Source: Haliotis rufescens (lineage: Eukaryota). Taken from it: a stretch of 64,000 bases of DNA. The translations under genes and the position numbers were made by a program. Of this stretch, positions 62,286 through 64,000 are shown one piece after another (positions within the stretch are counted from its first letter, which is position 1; the number at the start of each line of letters is the position of its first letter). Location: assembly GCF_023055435.1 (NCBI RefSeq), contig NW_025963835.1, positions 29,822,001-29,886,000 on the forward strand, in the 5' to 3' direction. The notes under the pieces were generated by a model. That model saw nothing but the letters and a program-made list of their open reading frames with translations. It was not told the origin of the DNA and did not search any database.

Positions 62286-64000
62286 ACTTAATTAAGTGAG
62301 CCAAACCACATGCACACTTGGATTACAAGTACACCTGATGTTCACACTCCAGTGACTCTTGTGACACAGGAGTCTTATCAAAACTCACGTGGCATGCATG
62401 TTATGTGCATTAAGTGTCAAACTAGATCACCTGACATGGACTCCTCGATGGAGTCACGGTCCTTTTATGCATGTTGGTGGGAAACTGATGCCAGTGGACG
62501 TTCACGCAAACATTCGCGTTTGCCTTCACAATTAAGTCACTTTTTATCAGAAGACTTTGTGCACCAATGTTTACAGCTTTAATGAGGTACATAATTAGTT
62601 GTTTCTTTTACTCCTAATTTAGCTATGCTTGGCTTGTACCTTGTTATTAATTGAAATTTAGTGGATGTGGAACTAACTTATTATGTTAAAGTCACCATCG
62701 TCTTTAGGGTAACATATTAAGAATGTTGAGGCACATGGTGCGAAGACAAGTCATTCTAACATTTGCACAAAACACTGCAGTCAATACTTATCAAGGGAAA
62801 TATTCATACATATAACTCGTCAACGCCAGACAACAACCAGTCTCCATTGTCTGCTGAAACAGATTCTAATTGGCGTAAAAAGGCAATAGTGGTGAAACTT
62901 ATATGAATGGATCACTAATAATCATTGCGGAAACCAGGGGTTCGCGAAAAGGGTTAGTATGTCCACATCTAATGCCATTGCTCAGTACAGCATGAAGTTG
63001 CGATATACGAGATCAATCAACTGATATTCCGGGAGAGAAGAGGGAGTGGGAGATTTTGTCGGGTGGGGTGGGGGTTGTTTGGTGGGTGGCTAGGGACAGA
63101 ATAGTTGTTTTGTACTGACTTATCTGACCTGATACCTGCAGTCACATCACATGGTACAGTTACAGATTAAAAGACTCTGTACCATGTGTACAGATTCAAA
63201 AAGTTGAGGCCAGACTCACCTATAGCCAGCTGAACAAACAGCAGTACCCGGGAAAACCACATGCTTTGTTTCAGGTGGGGAGAAGTCAGCGTGGCGTGTA
63301 CGTGGAGAATAGTCCTTGCAATGCTGACCTCTTGAGATAAGGCCAAGAACTTTTGACATATATTGAATGATATTGCTACACACGCTTAAAGAATCTGAAC
63401 TATTTGTAGAACGTGGTTTGTATCAGGTCAAATCCTTAAGAAGAGACTTGAATGGTTCAACTATCAGTGTTATATTCTCAAGTTGAAACGCGAAGGTTAA
63501 CCCAAAAATCGGTACGTACAGAACCTAATTGTGAAATCAGTAAATTGTTACTGTCGATTCCCATATTAAAACAATACGTGAAACCAACAAACAACCAACA
63601 AATGGTTTATAATCAACACATGTACTACAAAAAATCACTAATTTACAAATCAATACAAATTACTGCACAACAATTACAATGCCAGTACACAAGAGAGCAG
63701 TAGTACAATATTCAATGGCAATACATATTATGATAGCAGTGGTCTCGATCAAATACAAAAACACAGTGGTGATAGCAAAAGTCAGTGAAAATGAAATATA
63801 TACACTTAGCAGCGACAGCAGGCAATCTTCCGAGGCAGGCCGAAGAAGGGATTCGGTGATGAGTGATCCACACACGAAAGCTGGTCTTAATGTGATGAAA
63901 TGTGAGAGATACGTAAAACGACATTGTCCCGTTATATACAAGCTACTGGAAATGTCCATACCGTGCCCTCGCCGCATGAAAAAATTTCGATAACATACTG

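Larger units (their letters stand above)
57381..63262 (-). pseudogene. Kz4: probable pseudogene, recent duplicate of Kz3 (exons 63262-63220, 59386-59188, 57934-57686, remnant 57402-57381)
   Basis: Exons 1-3 are open and nearly identical to Kz3. The exon-2 acceptor reads ttttGG instead of ttttAG (59388-59387), and most of exon 4 is deleted next to a SINE. Confidence 0.8.

Overview
Eukaryotic, intron-containing, repeat-rich genomic DNA. It is probably from a gastropod mollusc such as abalone; this is an inference from the SINE families and (CACT)n tails and was not verified. Three kinds of gene can be assembled by hand using in-phase splice sites. (1) A + strand coiled-coil gene with its main exon at 8443-9323. 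(2) A convergent - strand two-exon K2P/TWiK potassium channel (21101-20675 and 13805-13009, about 407 aa). (3) A tandem - strand cluster of four paralogous four-exon genes for secreted proteins with two atypical Kazal domains, a Thr/Ser-rich spacer of variable length and a C-terminal hydrophobic-hydrophobic-Gly motif: Kz1 27919-31588, Kz2 32789-42103, Kz3 45561-51963 and Kz4 57381-63262, the last a probable pseudogene. The cluster shows signal-exon replacement, a chimeric last exon, paralog-specific TE insertions and paralog-specific minisatellite growth. The rest is minisatellites (two built from exon ends), three tRNA-derived SINE families plus one LINE-headed SINE-like family, Tc1/mariner relics, MITEs, I/Nimb-like and other LINE relics, Penelope-like relics with a hammerhead motif, and BEL/Pao gag scraps. 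A pseudoknotted RNA motif with compensatory substitutions heads both the LINE and the SINE-like family. Most long ORFs in the supplied track are repeat artefacts.
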